The notes below the pieces were generated by a model. The model had not been told where the DNA came from. It was given only the letters and a program-made list of their open reading frames with translations, and did not search any database. A stretch of 64,000 nt of DNA from positions 24,490,001 through 24,554,000 of the forward strand of contig CM060731.1 of assembly GCA_030704615.1 (NCBI GenBank). The letters are read 5' to 3'. The DNA is from Takakia lepidozioides. Its lineage: Eukaryota > Plantae > Bryophyta. This document shows, in pieces, positions 49,276 to 62,657 of this stretch (position 1 is the first letter of the stretch; every line of letters starts with the position of its first letter). The translations under genes and the position numbers were made by a program.

Positions 49276-50874
49276 AGTCGTAAGTGTCGAAAAAAACATG
49301 AGCAGGACTATTTTCCGGAAATGAGTGTCCGCGGGAATAGGGTTTAGGGTGTCACGGTCATAGGGGGAGAAGGACCTCCCGATGAAGGAGGTTCGGCAAT
49401 GTTTTTTAGAATTACATATTGAAAGGCAATGTTTCGCGAATGGTAGGGTGGTACTAATCTGTACAATGGGGGCCCATTTCAGTCTACCGTCATTCACTGT
49501 TGTTCAGATCACACAGTCTGTCTGATTGCCTTTCAAGCAGTCCTTCATCTTCCCTTCTTTAGCAGGAACATGTGATTGAAGTCTACTGAATTGCGAGCGT
49601 CATTAACGCCATTCGATTCTCCTCATGAGATTTATGTACCTATATGTTTGAAGAGAGAGTGAGGGTCGGCATATTCAGTCATATTGTTTTGCAATGCATT
49701 TTTTTTGTTTGAGGTTGAACAGATAGAGAAGTGGAAAGGCGGTACCGCCAATCAAAGATTTGAAGACCATACTGTAGATTCAGGTAGAGTATCGATTGGA
49801 AAGTACTCTCGACATAGACAAGAAACAGTGAATGCTTGCGACGTTCATCACAATGGAGTCAATCTGAATAATCTTCACTTACTGTCTGCCCTAAATTATA
49901 CTGAATGTCGTTGCCGCCAATCACTTACACATATATGTCATTGCACAACACCGATCCGGCAGGTCCCACTCTTTTGTGATTGTCGTTAACGCCGTTCGCT
50001 CTTGCTCAAAACCTTTCTGTTCCTGTGTCCCTAGAATCATAGTGTTTTGTTTTGAATTCGGCAGGATCAGCTTTGCTTGTGTAGATGGTTCCATCTTCAA
50101 GCTTGGAGGGCAAGCAAAGAAGAGGGAAGGGCTAACTTCCCTTATGTGAGGGCAATGCATGTGTGGAGCATGCTTTTCAGCCTGTTGAAGGCTTGTACTT
50201 TCAGGTTTGGGAGTGCAAGAAAGGAAGGAAGGGGCTGGTTTCCCTGTAGGGCATGTGTGGAGCATGCTTTCAGCCCGCTGAAGCTTGTATTTTCAGGTTT
50301 GTGGGTGCAAGAAATGAAGCAAAGGAGCTGATTCTCTTATGGTGAGAGTGGGGCATGTGTGGAGCATGCCTTCAGCCCATTGAGGCTCTTGTTTTCAAGC
50401 TTTAGAGAGCTAGAACGGAAGGGCTAGGGCTGGTTTCCACTTGGGGTGAAATAAAAGCACTTGTAGGGCCTATGTGAGTTGGGGTTTCAACTTCAAGCTT
50501 GAAGGGAGCACAACTCTTGAAGCAGCAGGTGCAGGGGCTGGATTAGGTGCAAAGGGCATGCTATGGTCAAGAAAAGCACGTGAATGAGTGCCTACAAGGG
50601 CTGGAAGTCAGCCATGTTTGATAAGTCGTCATAGGGATCAATGGCGCTGTTTTGTGAGTTAAAAGGAAGCTTGTGCACTTAGTTTCGGTTGCAAACATCT
50701 TTCTTTGGAATTAGAGCTACTATTGGTGGTGTGTGGGGGTCATAAAGAGCAAGAATACCTTGCTGATTTCCTCACAGCCGCCATAGCTCGGTGCAAAGAA
50801 GCCTAGAGTCCAAGAGACACAAACCCTAGCCTGGCGCGGCTAAACCCCTTGGAGAAACTGCCATGAATGGCCAT

Positions 50875-51320
50875 GGATGGGGCTGTGACAGGCTGTGGCG
50901 GGTTGTGACAGGCTGTGCCCTGTGGCCTGTGGGGCTGTGAGGGGCTGTGACAGGCTGTGCCATGTGGCCTGTGGGGCTGTGACGGACTGTGATAGGCTGT
51001 GATGGGCTGTGACAGACTCTGACATGTGGCCTTTGGGGCTGTGAGGGGCTGTGACAGGCTGTGCCCTGTGGCCTGTGGGGCTGTGATGGGCTGTGATAGG
51101 CTATGACCTGTGGCCTGTGGGGCTGTGACGGACTGTGACAGGCTGTGATGGGCTGTGACAGACTCTGACATGTGGCCTTTGGGGCTGTGAGGGCCTGTGA
51201 CAGGCTATGACATGTGGCCTTTGGGGCTGTGATGGGCTGTGATAGGCTGTGACATGTGGCTTTTGGGGCTGTGATGGGCTGTGACGGGCTGTGGCCTGTA
51301 TGGGGCTGTGACGGCTGTGA
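50875..51320. repeat. GGGCTGTGA-based tandem array
   Basis: Direct observation; its reverse complement resembles the CACAGCC arrays in the gypsy LTRs. Confidence 0.9.
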
Positions 51321-52059
51321 CCAATGATCTGTGTGGGCCTGTGCTGGTCTGTGGTGGCCCGTGTTGCCCTGTGGACGGCCCGTGCTGACTCGTGGAGGCA
51401 CTGGTGGACTGCCTAAGGACTGGCATGTGGTCTTGAAGGCCAAATTTTGAAGCTCGTGGAGGGCGGCTTAAGGAGTATCTTCATGATATTCCCATGGTTA
51501 TGCAAGTGAGGGAAGAGAGGAGAAAAAGAGTGTTGGGATGAGGGCATGCTGGGGTTAGGCATTGCTTTAGCTTCTCTTCCTCGTAGTTTTCCACCCTCTC
51601 ATTAGGCCAAGACCTTTCCATAGGTGGAGGCAAGAGTCATTCTGGGTTTGGGCTGGGGTGTCCTTGCAGGAGCAACACCGTGGAATTGTTTTTGGTATGG
51701 AGGAGTTGTCATTCTGATTTCTTGTGTTTGGATCCCCTCCATACATGCATGCATGACTGTGCGCCATGTTAGTTTTGTGTGGGCGCTTGTTTTTATAGGT
51801 GATTGGCCCGGATTTGATCATCGGCCAGTCCTAGAGCATGCTGTCGATGGTGAGGCTGGGGTGATGACCAGTCAGACCATCATTGTTTATCCTGTGGTGA
51901 GGTTGGAGGTGATGACCAGCCAACCATATGAGTGCTTGCGGTGGATGCAGGTGCAGGTGTAGGCTATGTTAGGAACCTAGTATTCCAAACCATACGCCGC
52001 AACAGGTTCTCTACCCGGTTACCTTGTAGAGAGGGGGTTAGGGACATGTTCATGACCGG

Positions 52060-54768
52060 TTGAGTGACAGTTTTGTTAACTCGGAGGTGCCACTAGTTGC
52101 TGGGGAGAGTGCCGGTTTGAGCATTAGCGATACTAGTGGGTACACGAGACGAGGTGTGCGGTTTAGGCCACCTTCACCTCCTGTGTCTTCTACGGAAGGT
52201 TCTGATTCGGATTGTGAATCAGGAGGACTCACACCGGCGATGCAAGTTGTTTCCTTGCCATTGTTGTGGGACACAATGGAAGAGATGTATGGAGCTACCA
52301 AGGGGCCACGAAGGTACTCTGGTGTGGTGGGCACCATCGAGTTGGATGATTTTATCCAAGAGTTTGATAGTTGGTGTGATTTGCAGCAAATGCGCAATCC
52401 ACAACTATTCACGCCTTTTATGGCATGGAAGGGGCTGTTTCAGCACCTTGAGGGATGTACTATGGATTATTACCATGAGTTCAGGCAGGGGCATGAGGTT
52501 GAGATCAAGGAGTGGAGGATATACTGGTCACCTGACTATGTCTCCATCACTAGGGGCACTAGAGCCACGAGGGCAGTGGCTATACCTGCCGCTGCACCGG
52601 CAGCTTCAGCAAGAAGCAGAGGGACTAGTGGGACTGGTGGTACCGTAGCTACAACGTCAACCCAAGCCACTACCGCACCAGCACTAGTACCCGTGCCTGC
52701 CTTCAACCCTATTGTGGAGTTCTTCGAAGAGTTGAGAGGGAACTACCAAAGGATGAGGACAGAGAAGTTGCAGAGCTTGCAAAAGTTCCAACGGAAGTCT
52801 ACTGAGAGCTTGAGGGAGGCTTTCACTCGCATGAGGCGCTTGATAAATATAACCCAAGGGGTTACGGAAGCTCAAGCAGTCCAATTCTGGTATGGGATAT
52901 TGGACAAGGAGCTGAGGAGAAAGGTGCGGGTTGCAACTCTCCTACAAGCGGCCCAACCCACTTTAGCAAATGTGTTTTTGCTGGCAGAGCGGATAGAGCT
53001 CAACATGGTCGAGGAACGAGTGGTCATGGTGGGATTTGCTATAGAGACACCACGGGGTAGTGGTGCTCCTAGCCAAGCACTACCTCAACGTGCTCAAGGC
53101 AACAAATGGGCCCAGGTGAAGCCCAGGGAAGGACAGAGAGGACCTCAGATGCAGGGGTCTCTCCCTTCATTTGCAGGCCAACAACAGGCGGAGGTGGTGT
53201 GTTGGACATGTGGAGGACCCCATGTCAAGAAGGATTGCCCAGAGGGCCGACATATGCACAGCCTGCACAGTTGCAGTGTGGGCATTGTGGCAAGCACAGG
53301 CATGGAGAGGCCCAGTGTTATGGTTTGCATCCTGAGTTGCGCCCAGGCCAAGGGAACAATGGTGGCCGGGGGCGAGGTGGAGCAGCCCAGAGAGGATGAG
53401 GTGGCCAAGGGCAAACTCAACATGGCCAAGGACGCGGAGGTCAGGGTATTGACCAAGGCATAACCAACCGGCTTCAGCAGCTAGAGCAGAGGCTCGCTGC
53501 CATGGCTACAGCTCAGGTGGTACCGGCTCCAAGGCCGGATGGTCCACCTCTTGCTCCTGAGGGAGGAGATATGAGAGATATGGGATTCATGTGCGGGGCA
53601 GCACTACCACTAGTGCAAATGGAGTCGGCGGCGGCAATGATCCGAGGAGCAGCACGAGTTCTTGAGTCACGAGGTGCAGAGGTGGAGTTGGATCCACAGC
53701 ATGGGGAGGCAAACCGTCAGGCTAGGCTTCCTCAATCATTCATATTGACGGAGACACTGTCGACGCCATCCATGGCACCTAGTTCTTGCCCGACTGTTAC
53801 TGAGGCGGAGGTTACTATGCCATTGGGGAGAGCCACACGGACAACACCACTATCTAGTGTTGCCAAGGCTACGGCAGCTAGTGTGCTGCTGGGGGCGGCC
53901 ACATCTGTGTGTCAGGCTCCATTGTTCTCGGCTACCATGATTGCGACGCCAGGGGTAAGACCAGCTGAGGTGTTCAGGCTGGCAGTTTCACTCTGTGAGA
54001 GTGGGGAGGTTACTTCATTTTCTGCGGAGATAGTGGGAGGTGTAGTGACGGAGGCCAGATCCTCGGATGTGAGGGTCAAGACTGCCACGGCGGTGCCATG
54101 GCAAACTGCAGCTGCCAGGTTGGTGGAGCTGCCAGCTAGGCCAGCCATTGAGCGCGCCATGGTGACACCTGGGGTTGTCATGTTAGACAACCAGGAGGGT
54201 ATTTTCTATTTGAGTGGATTGGCAGCCAAGAGGTACCGGCCACTGCGGGTCTTGTTGGACTCGGGAGCTCAGCCATTGATGCTGGGCAGAGCTGCTATTG
54301 CAGGTTTGGGCCTCACGGAGGCGGATATGGAGCCTTGTCATTTCCAGATACATACGTCTTTGGAAGGATCGGAGCAGGCTCGGGGCATGACACGGCGTGA
54401 GTTGGGTATCAGACTATGGCCAGATCACCCTACAGATGGCTCAGTGATGCGAGCCAAGGCCATTGTGATAGACGCGGTCTCGTACGATGTCCTGGTTGGT
54501 GGGGTTGTGTTGTACCCCATGGGCTTCACCCTAGATTTTTGGGAAGAGTCAGCTTCTTATAGGCCTGGATGGTAGTCAAGGGAGGGCTGGCAGGTGCAGC
54601 TCCCTGTGACGTTCTTTGGAGGAGTTGCGGTTGCCTAGCGGGGCAAGATGCCGACACTAGCAGCATTCACAGCTGCAGTGACTTGGCCTAGAGAGTTGCT
54701 AGAGGGCAACGCTCATTCAGAGGATGTGTCACCTCCAGCAGAGTAGGATGACATGTATGGTATGGCGT
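52060..54768 (+). pseudogene. DNMT-gypsy copy: gag and protease
   Basis: ORFs 52060-53463 and 53502-54575 are colinear with 30773-32800; LLDSGAQP. Confidence 0.92.
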
Positions 54769-56099
54769 TTCTGTGTCAATCGGTGACGTAGCCCCCTTTT
54801 TGTAGCCGGAATTGTCTACCGGCTCAGGCAATACATGGCCTGAGCTGGGATTCAAGTAGAAATACACCTACTTAGAAATCTCTGCTTGCATTTTGGTTAG
54901 AATTCAGAAATTCTTTTTGGAGGTAGTAGGAAATCATAGGAGGAACAATTCCACCGTTGGAATTCTGGTTCCAATGAAAATTTCGACCCCTATGGCTGAA
55001 TTACAGGTCAATTGAAGCAAATAGTGCTTTTTGACCCCCCTGTTTTCCCATACAAAGGAACCCTATGCAAATTTTGGAATTCTGCTTTGCAAATTTGGGG
55101 CAAGTTGCTTTAGGTGCCTGAGAATTGGAATGTGGATGGGGTCTTGCAAGGAAAAAATATATTTTTGGTCCAACTGCCTGGTCAAACCAATTTTTCCCTC
55201 TAAAATTGGAATACACTACAGATTTAGAGCTTACCATTTTGTTATAATCTTCCTAATGACACGGTGAAATGGGCTGAAAGTCTTGCAGCAGGTGCATGAG
55301 GTAGGTAGCGTCCTTTTCATACGGTTCATCCCTGTGGATGTTTCTTAGCTGGGAGATATACCCTCATCCGTGAGGGTATGTGCTGTTTTGGAGTGGGCCC
55401 ACCAAAAACGCCTCTCATTTTAAGATAATAGGGTCCGGTGGGCCCCGCGCACGGACGCCCGGCTCCCCAGCACCCCGCCCTCCCCGCCCGCCGCTGCGCG
55501 CGGTCGCCTTGCCGCGGGCGCGGCTGCAGCAACCGTGCGCGCGCCCCCGTCCGTCGCGCGGCCAGTCCCCCGCCCATGAGTCCGCTGCCCTCCAGTCTGC
55601 CAGTCCGCTGCTGGCTAGTCGGCTGCCCAGCAGTCTGCCAGTCCGCCAGTCTGCCCGCCAGTCCGCTGCCATCCAGTCCGATGACAGCGCAGGATCGCCA
55701 CCGTCCATTCCCATAACCCATCCGAGCCCTTCATTTTTAGGGCTCCGAAAATGGCAATGATCTTCCCACCAAATCCCGGCCGCTCTCTATTGACGGCTGT
55801 TTGTTGTCCGATGTTGCGGTAGGCGTTTCCATGCACGCGACTGTTCCTCTTTTGCGCGCGATGTTCATGATGATGATGAAGCATGTGCTTGAACATGAGA
55901 GGATTGTCTGGGCAATACAGCCACCATCGTGCATATGCTTCCACTATTTTTGCCTTCTTGTTGTGCTTTCGGGAACCTTCGTTTTATGGTTTGGTTCTAT
56001 GTCATAAATATGGAAAATGCGGACATCTGTCGTCGATAACGTCCTCTGCTTGTGATCCGTCATGATACGTTTAGCCCCTTCGTACTGCATCCCTCATCA

Positions 56100-56903
56100 C
56101 TGTGAGGTGTGTTGGCCGCTGCACCCCATCAAATGCACGCTTGAACAATGCGGGTGACATCAAGTTAGTCCACCATAGCCGTGGACGATGAGCCCGTGAC
56201 CCCACTGCAGCTGCATCTAGCAACACTGCTGACCCAAGCCACGACCGGACTTGATGTACACTGACCATCACCCTGGCCCGAGAATCGCCCATCAGTGGCA
56301 TATTCTCCAAGATGTATGCTGGAGATACAGCTTGATGAAGCTGCAAGTGACGCAAAACCCGCACCATCTCCCAAAACAGACCCGACCCGACCTCAAGTCT
56401 CGCAATCCATTGCCATGCCCGGCTGATGCCCTTAGCAGGGCCAACATGCCACTACCAGATCAATGGAGCCAACTCGCTCCAAATCATGCACCCCCAGCAA
56501 CGAAATGTCTGCTGGCAAGGCCTGTTGGTATCCACGAACTGCAGACACCAGCAACAACTCAGCAACTAACTGAGCAACATGGCGTAGGGAGACGCGTCGT
56601 GTAGTCTCATCCCTCTCCACATACAAGTAACGCCGAACTCGTACATCTGCCTATAACACAGCAGTCAATCTGGTGCTGATCCCGACAGACAAGTCCAGAA
56701 GGCAAATGCCTTCATCCGGATACTGCCACACAATAGGTGTGGTATCCAATGGTGACAATTGAGGTGGTCCTGGTGCAATCCTTGCACTCTCCTCCTCTCT
56801 TGACGATACAAACGCCTCTACCCAGGCTTGTTGCACCTGTCGATCAGCAACCTGCTGCAAATCCTTGCTCGTGCCCCACAATGGAGTGTGAGCAACCATG
56901 GCA
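56100..56903 (-). pseudogene. Inverted N-terminal part of the DNMT3-like domain
   Basis: ICLLDLSVGIST; IDLVVACWPC; YILENM; DAAAVGSRAHRPRLWWTNL. Confidence 0.9.
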
Positions 56904-56906
56904 GGC

Positions 56907-57545
56907 AATAGCATTTTGGACACAGGGAGGCAGTCTCAGCATGTGAGACACGATGACCGTTCGCCTTTGGCAGTGGTCAACAAGGTGGGTCAATCACGAG
57001 TAACATTACCTACACTGCTGAGCTTCCCAGGATCGCATACTTTCCGGGATAGTGGACCTGGCCTCTTGTGGGATGCTCAGTTGCAGCAGTTAGTGGAGCC
57101 TAATGCTGACGAGCGTGAGCGGGCGATGGATTTTACCACTAGTACCACGGCGGTGTCGTCTCTTTATGAGGCATCACGTCGTCAGGTGTTGGGGAAAGCA
57201 ATGGATCTCAATTGCTTGACCTGGATTATCAGCTTGGCTATGGCTGAGCAACGCAGAGTGCGGAGTACACTTCCCTCGATGGTCTCTCTGCCTACCGAGA
57301 CGGTACAGGCAGTGAGTGGGGGCGAGCAGGTGAGGACCACGGGGTGTAGACATCCATGGCACAAGTGGGAGGTGTTCGAGGTTCAGAGGGAGTTGGCAGC
57401 CAAGGCGGCGGTGATGGATGAGGTTGGGGATTCTTCTCGGGTTGAGGAGGTCCTTAAGGATGAGATGATGGGGCAGGATGAGGCCTTATCATTGACAGAG
57501 TAGGCAGTGGGGACTGCTCAAGAGGTTGCAGCATAGCAACCACGA
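56907..57545 (+). pseudogene. C-terminal part of the DNMT3-like domain
   Basis: ERERAMDF..RRQVLGKAMD; colinear with about 33596-34230. Confidence 0.9.
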
Positions 57546-57574
57546 GATTCATACTAGTGGTAAAATAACTTGAC

Positions 57575-58315
57575 ACCATAATCTGGCACATTCGGGGAAA
57601 AATAAAATAAAATAAATAGTAATTAATCAATTAATTAAAAAACCTATATTTTTTTTGGGAAAACTTGCAAATGAACCCAACCTCTGTTTTGCAAGCAAAA
57701 GACTTGGCATTTACCCAGCATGGATTTATGGTCACATGGAAGAAGGACATGACAACAAATCATAAGTTGTATGGTCCGAGCAATTTGTAGATGTCATTCA
57801 CCCCAAATAGTACACCGAAAGACCAGCCAGAGTAAGGCACATTCGGGGAAAAACAGAATAGTAAAATATAAAAATATATATATATATATATATATATTGG
57901 AAAACTTGCAAATGAACCCAACCCCTGCTTTGCAAGCAAAAGACCTAGCGTTTATCCAGCATGGATTTCTGGTCACATGGAAGAATGACATGACAACAAA
58001 TCATAAGTTATGTGGTCCGAGCAATTTGTAGATGTCACTCACCCCAAATAACACACCAGAAGACTAGCCAGATTAAGGTAGATTAAGGTGTCGTTGACGA
58101 CACCTTAATCTGGCACATTCGGGGAAAAATAAATTAAAAATACAAATTGAAAAACTTGCGAAATGAACCCAACCCCTGCTTTGCAAGCAAAAGACTCGGC
58201 GTTTACCCAGCATGGATTTCTGGTCACATGGAAGAATGACATGACAACAAATCATAAGTTATATGGGCTGAACAATTTGTAGATGCCATTCACCCCAAAT
58301 AGCACACCAGAAGAC
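57575..58315. repeat. Tandem repeat, ~260-bp unit x3
   Basis: GGCACATTCGGGGAAAA..AAATGAACCCAACC..CAGCATGGATTT..AATCATAAGTT occurs three times. Confidence 0.9.
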
Positions 58316-58789
58316 GTTACAGATGTTACGTTATGCGGAGGCTGCAACTTGTAAATTTAGTCTCCTCTCTTCTCTCCCTCCTGTGCTTTACGATAGAGAG
58401 GATTTTGTGCAGAGCAAGGCTAGTGTCTTCATAGACAGTTCTTCCTTCGTTTTGGACTCCGACTCCAGTAGCAGTGTTTGCAATTGGGTGTCAGCATCTC
58501 TCTCGACTTAGGATACATGGTGAAAGGGCAACCACAACCCTCTGCAGTTGACAGAGGTTCACTCTAGAGCTCGGGGGATTTGTCAACCACTACTCAAAAA
58601 TGCTTTTTAATTTTGTATTCAACCACAAACTACATTCATCCATGTGCCATTCGTCCAACATACATTCATCGCCCATTCACCCATCATTCATCCATAACGA
58701 TGAATTGGTATGCATGTTATACTGGACATTACCCGCAGTAATAGGTCCGCTAAACCGAATAGGTGTCGTTATAGGTGAGCACATCCAGA

Positions 58790-58843
58790 AGCGTGAGCAA
58801 AATTCTGCTCACGGAATTTTCTGCTCACGGTTTAGCATCCCCC
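58790..58843 (-). mobile_element. Right-hand TIR of a further MULE-family member
   Basis: Reverse complement reads GGGGGATGCTAAACCGTGAGC followed by more CGTGAGC repeats. Confidence 0.7.
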
Positions 58844-59819
58844 GTTTTGCGCTAACGTGGTTATTTTATAGGACGATATGTGGAAAAATTGCATGCGTTT
58901 ACGGTTTCTGGTGTGTTCGAGTCCGAGCTCCTTCGTATGGAGCAGGAAACCATTGGTAACACGATAGCGGAAATCGCGGAAGCATATGTACATGGGGGCG
59001 TGTATACCTTGCAGAATTTATGTCCACCGATGAGACTGTTCAGGGGAGGACGTCTCTGCCACCACATGTCCGGGAACTGCGGGGAGTGTGAACTGAACAG
59101 GATCCAGTCCGAAGGTCCTCAAACATCCAGATGCACCTCCTGAATCATCATATCTCAACCACTATCATCTCCTTGCAAATTGGACAATGGGAAAGAAGAC
59201 GTAGCCTGAAAGATGTGGATTCACGTTGCTTGTGGATGTTACCACTGCAAATGTGCGTGGATCAACAAGCCGTGTGAGATTCTGCCTTGGTTGTGCTACA
59301 TGGCGCGGAGTCTGGTGCAGAGATTGATGATGTGGCGTGACGTGACTGGGCCTCTTTACCGCCGTCGTCCAGCAGACTTACACCTAATGACATAACGGTC
59401 GAATAGACCCACTGCAAATAAACTTGCGCAACAACAAACTCATATGCCTTTGCACGGATAGTCCAGCAGACGGAAAGCTCAACAGACTAACGAAGAGATT
59501 GGTGCAGAGTAATTTGATTTCTAACAGACTGATTTCTAATAGACTCATATCCCAAAAGACAAAGTATCCCCTAGGTGGTTGGGTGATACGGGAGTATAGG
59601 CTGAACCGTAAACCGCACTTTTTGTACGAGTTCGGACGCGGTGCAAGATCACTGGCGCCCCTTCTTGCCATCGTTGCATTAATAGGTCCAGTAGACTTAC
59701 ACGTGATCATAATGACGGCTCAACAGACCCAGCGCAAACAGACTTGCGCCACATCAAACTGACTTCGTGACAGTCTAGTTGACTGATATCAGAAGAGACC
59801 GACAGACTAACAGTCCGAC

Positions 59820-62657
59820 CAGGGATGCCTCAGCGTGAGCCTGAGCGAGTGAGCGCAACTGTGCTCACGCCACGTCACATTGCGCCAATGCCACATCACG
59901 GGGCTCACTCCACGTCATCACACTTGAAGACCGCGTCACCACGCGCCCAGGAAGAAGTGGAGTGTATTCCCGCAGATTGGCACCCTTTACCGCGGAAACA
60001 AGCTGGACGACATAATAAAAGGCAGTGGTCATTCCCACCTGAAAGCAACAGATGAATAAAGGATGGATGAATGTATAGTTGGATGATAAACAGATGGATG
60101 AGTGTGAAATATGAATGTAGATGGATGAATGAGGGATGGATAAGAGTCAAATGGATGAATGTATAATGGATATTGAGCAATGGAAAACATTCATGACAGG
60201 AAGATGCATGACTAAAACTTTAGACGAATGCACAACGTATATGATATGAGTGTGGTAGGTTTGTGGGGTGGATTAAAGAGTACAGAGGATGAATGTACAA
60301 TGGATGTTGAACAAAGGAAAACATTCATGAATGGAGCACGCATGAATACACTGTAGATGAAAGCACAATGGATATGACAAGAGTGAGGGAGGTTTGTGAG
60401 ATGGATTTATACATATTGCAATATAAATGGTAGTTGATTCTTTGATTATTTTTCTTTCCAAAGGAACAACAACGGTGGAGGAAGGGGATTCAACGTTTTC
60501 CAAAGAGGATGAAACAGAATATTAAAAGAACATAGTTCAGTCTGACTCAGAGTCAGTACAATGTATCCCCGCTTCCTCTGCATCTAAGTCTAAGTATTTA
60601 AAGAACTTCGGATCTATGCTGGCTACACCTACGGCCGGGCAGTAAAAAGTCAGGGGATAGGGACTCGGCCACGTGAAGTGCCATTGCTTCGGCATAATCA
60701 AAAAGCAGAAAATTGGAAAGGGGGCTGTCGAAAACAGACTCGCCACAAATGACTGTATCTCCTGAAGATCCACCGCTGCCTTTCCTGAAAGACAGCCTGA
60801 AAAAAATATTACTGTAACTTTGATGTTATTGAGAAATTGAGTATGGCTCCCAAAGTAGGTTTAGCACTTACTTACATGAAAAGTCGTTGTCAACCTGCTT
60901 ATCTTCGGGATCGTCATCATTTCGAATTGAATCCGATCAGTCTGTGTGCCTGAAGTGGAACCAGACAAAAGGGGGAGGAGCATTGTGTTGTAGAGGTCAG
61001 AATCACCCTCCATGCCAAAAAGGCTTCTTCCGCCTGCCTTGCATGCATGGTAAGTTGCTCCTGCACCAGACAGGAGGACATGAACAGTTTGGTGGGGGGG
61101 ATTTAAGCAGATGGAACTGGTGAAAGAAAATCAATTCGGAAGGGAGAGAACGAACCTGTGGACACAGAAAGATCGACCACCCGTGCAGAGTGGTGGTTGC
61201 ATGACTCCACAGTATTTGCATGAACGCTGGGGATTTTTCCTTTGCACCTCTCCAGGGAGTGCCATCTGGTCTCTTCAGAGTCTGACTGGACTGCATGAAG
61301 TTGTACAAAATGTCATCGACATGCGGCTCATAGGGGGGGTTGATGAAACAACCCTGGTCAGAAATCTCAAAGCTGCGGATGGAGGATGGTGTCTTTGAGG
61401 TGCGAATCCTCCGCAGGCAGATCGCCTCGAACATCCTCGTCTGCCAAAGATAGCAGGTTAGTGTGGTTAAACACAATCTATAGTGGAAGTGTGTACATCG
61501 GCTATTCAGAACTCAGGCATAAAATAATCATTTTTATCACGAATCGGTGATGATCGGTGTCGATCATGACAGATTCTTCTAGAGTGGAGCTGCAGAGAAC
61601 ATTGAAACTCATCATGAAGCACAAGCAGAAGGGAGACGGCATACCAGCTGACCAGGGAAACCCCCTTTCATAATGTAGAGGCTGTTCACACAATTCCATG
61701 TGCGCAAAACTTCAAACCCTGAAGACTTCAGGTATGATGCCAATGCCCGACGACTATCTTTGTCACATGACTGAAAAAGCAGAAGTGTCCCTGCATTAGA
61801 GAGGAAATTATTACAGAACCCGAACACCCAACTCCAGTAGTTGTCCTCGAATTTGTTCCAGCTTGACGTCTTGCCCTTTGGAAGAACTTTTGGCACAGCC
61901 TGGCCATCCGGGATGTCGAGAATGACAATGTCAGCCGCATATGTTTTCTGCACACCGCACACGAAGGTGGGGCCAGTGCTCACCTGCAACAGACATGCTT
62001 ATTTTAAGAACGATGGCAAGAATGTTTTCAAAGAACCAGACTGAAATACTGCCAATGAAAATTTCAGAGAAAAAGGAAAGAAACTGGAATTGTCACCAGA
62101 TTGAGGAATGAGATTATATTGTCCCAGGTAGGCGAAGGCACCCCAGTGTATCCTCTCTTTCGACTCTGCATCATCGCCAGCCAACCCTCATTGACAATTT
62201 TAATCTACGGGAAGGGTGTGGCTTGGCATCGAACACGCATTGAACTGTGCGGGTATATCTTCCAGCAGTGAAGTCCTGCCCACTCTCCTTTTCCTTCTCC
62301 GTCTCCTTTTCTTTCTCCTTCCCCTTGTCCTTTTCCTTCTCCTTCTCTTTGGACTTGTCTTTGTCCTTTGGCTTTGTTGGTGAGATGGCTATGACATCAA
62401 GAGCCTTGTCTTTTGGATTGCGGCCCGCCTTCTTTCCCTTCTGCGGCGTTCCCTGAGCATCAGGCTCCTTGGCAGCCAATGTTGCTATGTTTCTTTGGTA
62501 CTGCTCGTCAGTCAGAGGCGCCAGCATCTCAGCATTATTGTTCAAATATTTCATGTGCTGTTCTTGAAAGGTCGTGTGCTCCGGTGGACAGTCAAGGTAC
62601 CAGCCACAGTCTCTGAAGTGAGAAGGACTCCAGTCCTTCAATATCCCTGCAGTATAC
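59820..62657 (-). mobile_element. Element E: left TIR-like end and 3' half of a fourth ParB-MTase gene (about 60530-62657)
   Basis: CAGGGATGCCTCAGCGTGAGC at 59820. YTAGILKDW..RDCGWY; ADIVILDIPDG (61903-61917); GTPWRGAKEKSPAFMQIL; RVVDLSVSTG; RSLFGMEGD. Confidence 0.8.

Noticed and set aside
50803-51443. His/Ser/Pro/Gln-rich ORFs (also 42076-42363 and 62777-63019)
   Set aside because: These arise from simple CACAGCC-type repeats.
49239-58843. One complete element bounded by TIRs at 49239 and 58843
   Set aside because: The flanks (AATATCAT versus GTTTTGCG) are not a TSD and the interior is rearranged retrotransposon DNA.
58860-59815. Short ORFs between two TIR-like ends
   Set aside because: No recognisable domain or boundaries; left unannotated.
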